This document shows, in pieces, positions 63,086 through 64,000 of a DNA stretch of 64,000 nucleotides. Made by a program: the position numbers and the translations under genes. Under the pieces are notes generated by a model. The model did no database searches. It saw nothing but the letters and a program-made list of their open reading frames with translations, and was not told the origin of the DNA. How positions within the stretch are numbered: the first letter of the stretch is position 1; each line of letters starts with the position of its first letter. Location of the stretch: contig OX597821.1 of assembly GCA_951406725.2 (NCBI GenBank), positions 25,730,001 through 25,794,000 on the forward strand, given 5' to 3'. This DNA is from Octopus vulgaris. Lineage: Eukaryota.

Positions 63086-64000
63086 TTTGATATCCTTTAG
63101 CTCCAGCCTCTTCATAAACGTTTTTTTTTTTAATTGGAAAAAGAGAAATAGGAAAATGTGATGTCCTTTTTTTTTTTTAGAAAAAAAAAAGGGAAGACAT
63201 TAGTGATATAAGAGAAGCTGTTTCAGCAGAGGTCGGGGCTGAGACCAGTTTTTCTTTGGGAACTAACGGCCTCAGCATTGCTTTTACTGCTGTTATTACT
63301 GATGATGAGATTGATGATAATGATGATGATGATATAAGAACAAGAACAGTTATGTATTTTCAACTAGGCGCATAGCAGTATAACCGTTTGATCTCAGTAA
63401 TAACAACCCCAGCGAGATTTGAACTCATACAACACGAGGCCACAATCCTCGAGAAGCAAGAGAAGGAAAGAAAAAGGGAGTATTCACATGGCTGCTGTTG
63501 TGTGAGAGAAAGAAGTGGCGGGGGGGGAGGAAAGTAAACCAGAAGAGCGGGAGACTGGTGGATAGGTGAGAGAAGACAGGTGAATGTAGGAAACGGTGAT
63601 GTGAGAGAGGGGAAGGAAGAGAAAGAGTGAAGAACATGGGGGAAGGAAAAAAAAAGGATGTGAGAAGGAGAAGAAGGGGTGGGGGGAGAGGTAATAAGGT
63701 AAGAAAGATTTAAAGCTGCGATGGAGCTCTAAATCGCAAGCACTGCCGCCTTCCTCCTCCTCCTCTTCTACCTCCTCCTACTCCTCACACATACGTACGC
63801 GCACACACGCACGCACACGCACGTACGCGCACACACGCACAAACCTCCGTTACACATGGAAAGTGGTTTATTTTCCTTCCTGATAAGTTCCAACTCCTTG
63901 CTAAATTCCACCAAATTTAACCAATCAACATTGAGTTTCAAACATTTTCCCGTTCTCTCTGCTACTTTCTTCTCTTTGTTTTCTACTATCGTCTTTTTTT

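Overview
AT-rich, repeat-saturated eukaryotic DNA. The SINE families, the RTE, CR1 and Penelope-like relics and the dense microsatellites point to a coleoid cephalopod, most likely Octopus (inferred from repeat content). I found no host protein-coding exon I can support. Nearly all ORFs in the supplied track are microsatellite or SINE artefacts. Recognisable coding relics all come from transposable elements: two mariner transposase pseudogenes, an RTE reverse transcriptase, three CR1-type 3' ends, Penelope-like RT/GIY-YIG fragments, a Hero-like endonuclease tail, a hAT relic and an R2-like RT fragment. There are also dozens of tRNA-derived SINEs in 4-5 families and several MITEs (TA, TTAA and 8-bp TSD classes). 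A canonical minus-strand core promoter lies at about 62.6-62.8 kb in CpG-retaining DNA, so much of the window may be intron of a leftward-transcribed gene. The most unusual items are: (i) hammerhead-ribozyme motifs in short Penelope-related cassettes, one near-intact inside a hairpin element; (ii) an internal R2-like RT piece captured in a 33-bp minisatellite and fused in frame to Cys-rich repeats; (iii) an inverted copy of that minisatellite templated into a nearby SINE; (iv) a roughly 490-bp foldback element just downstream of the putative TSS. All coordinates were read by eye and repeat boundaries are approximate.
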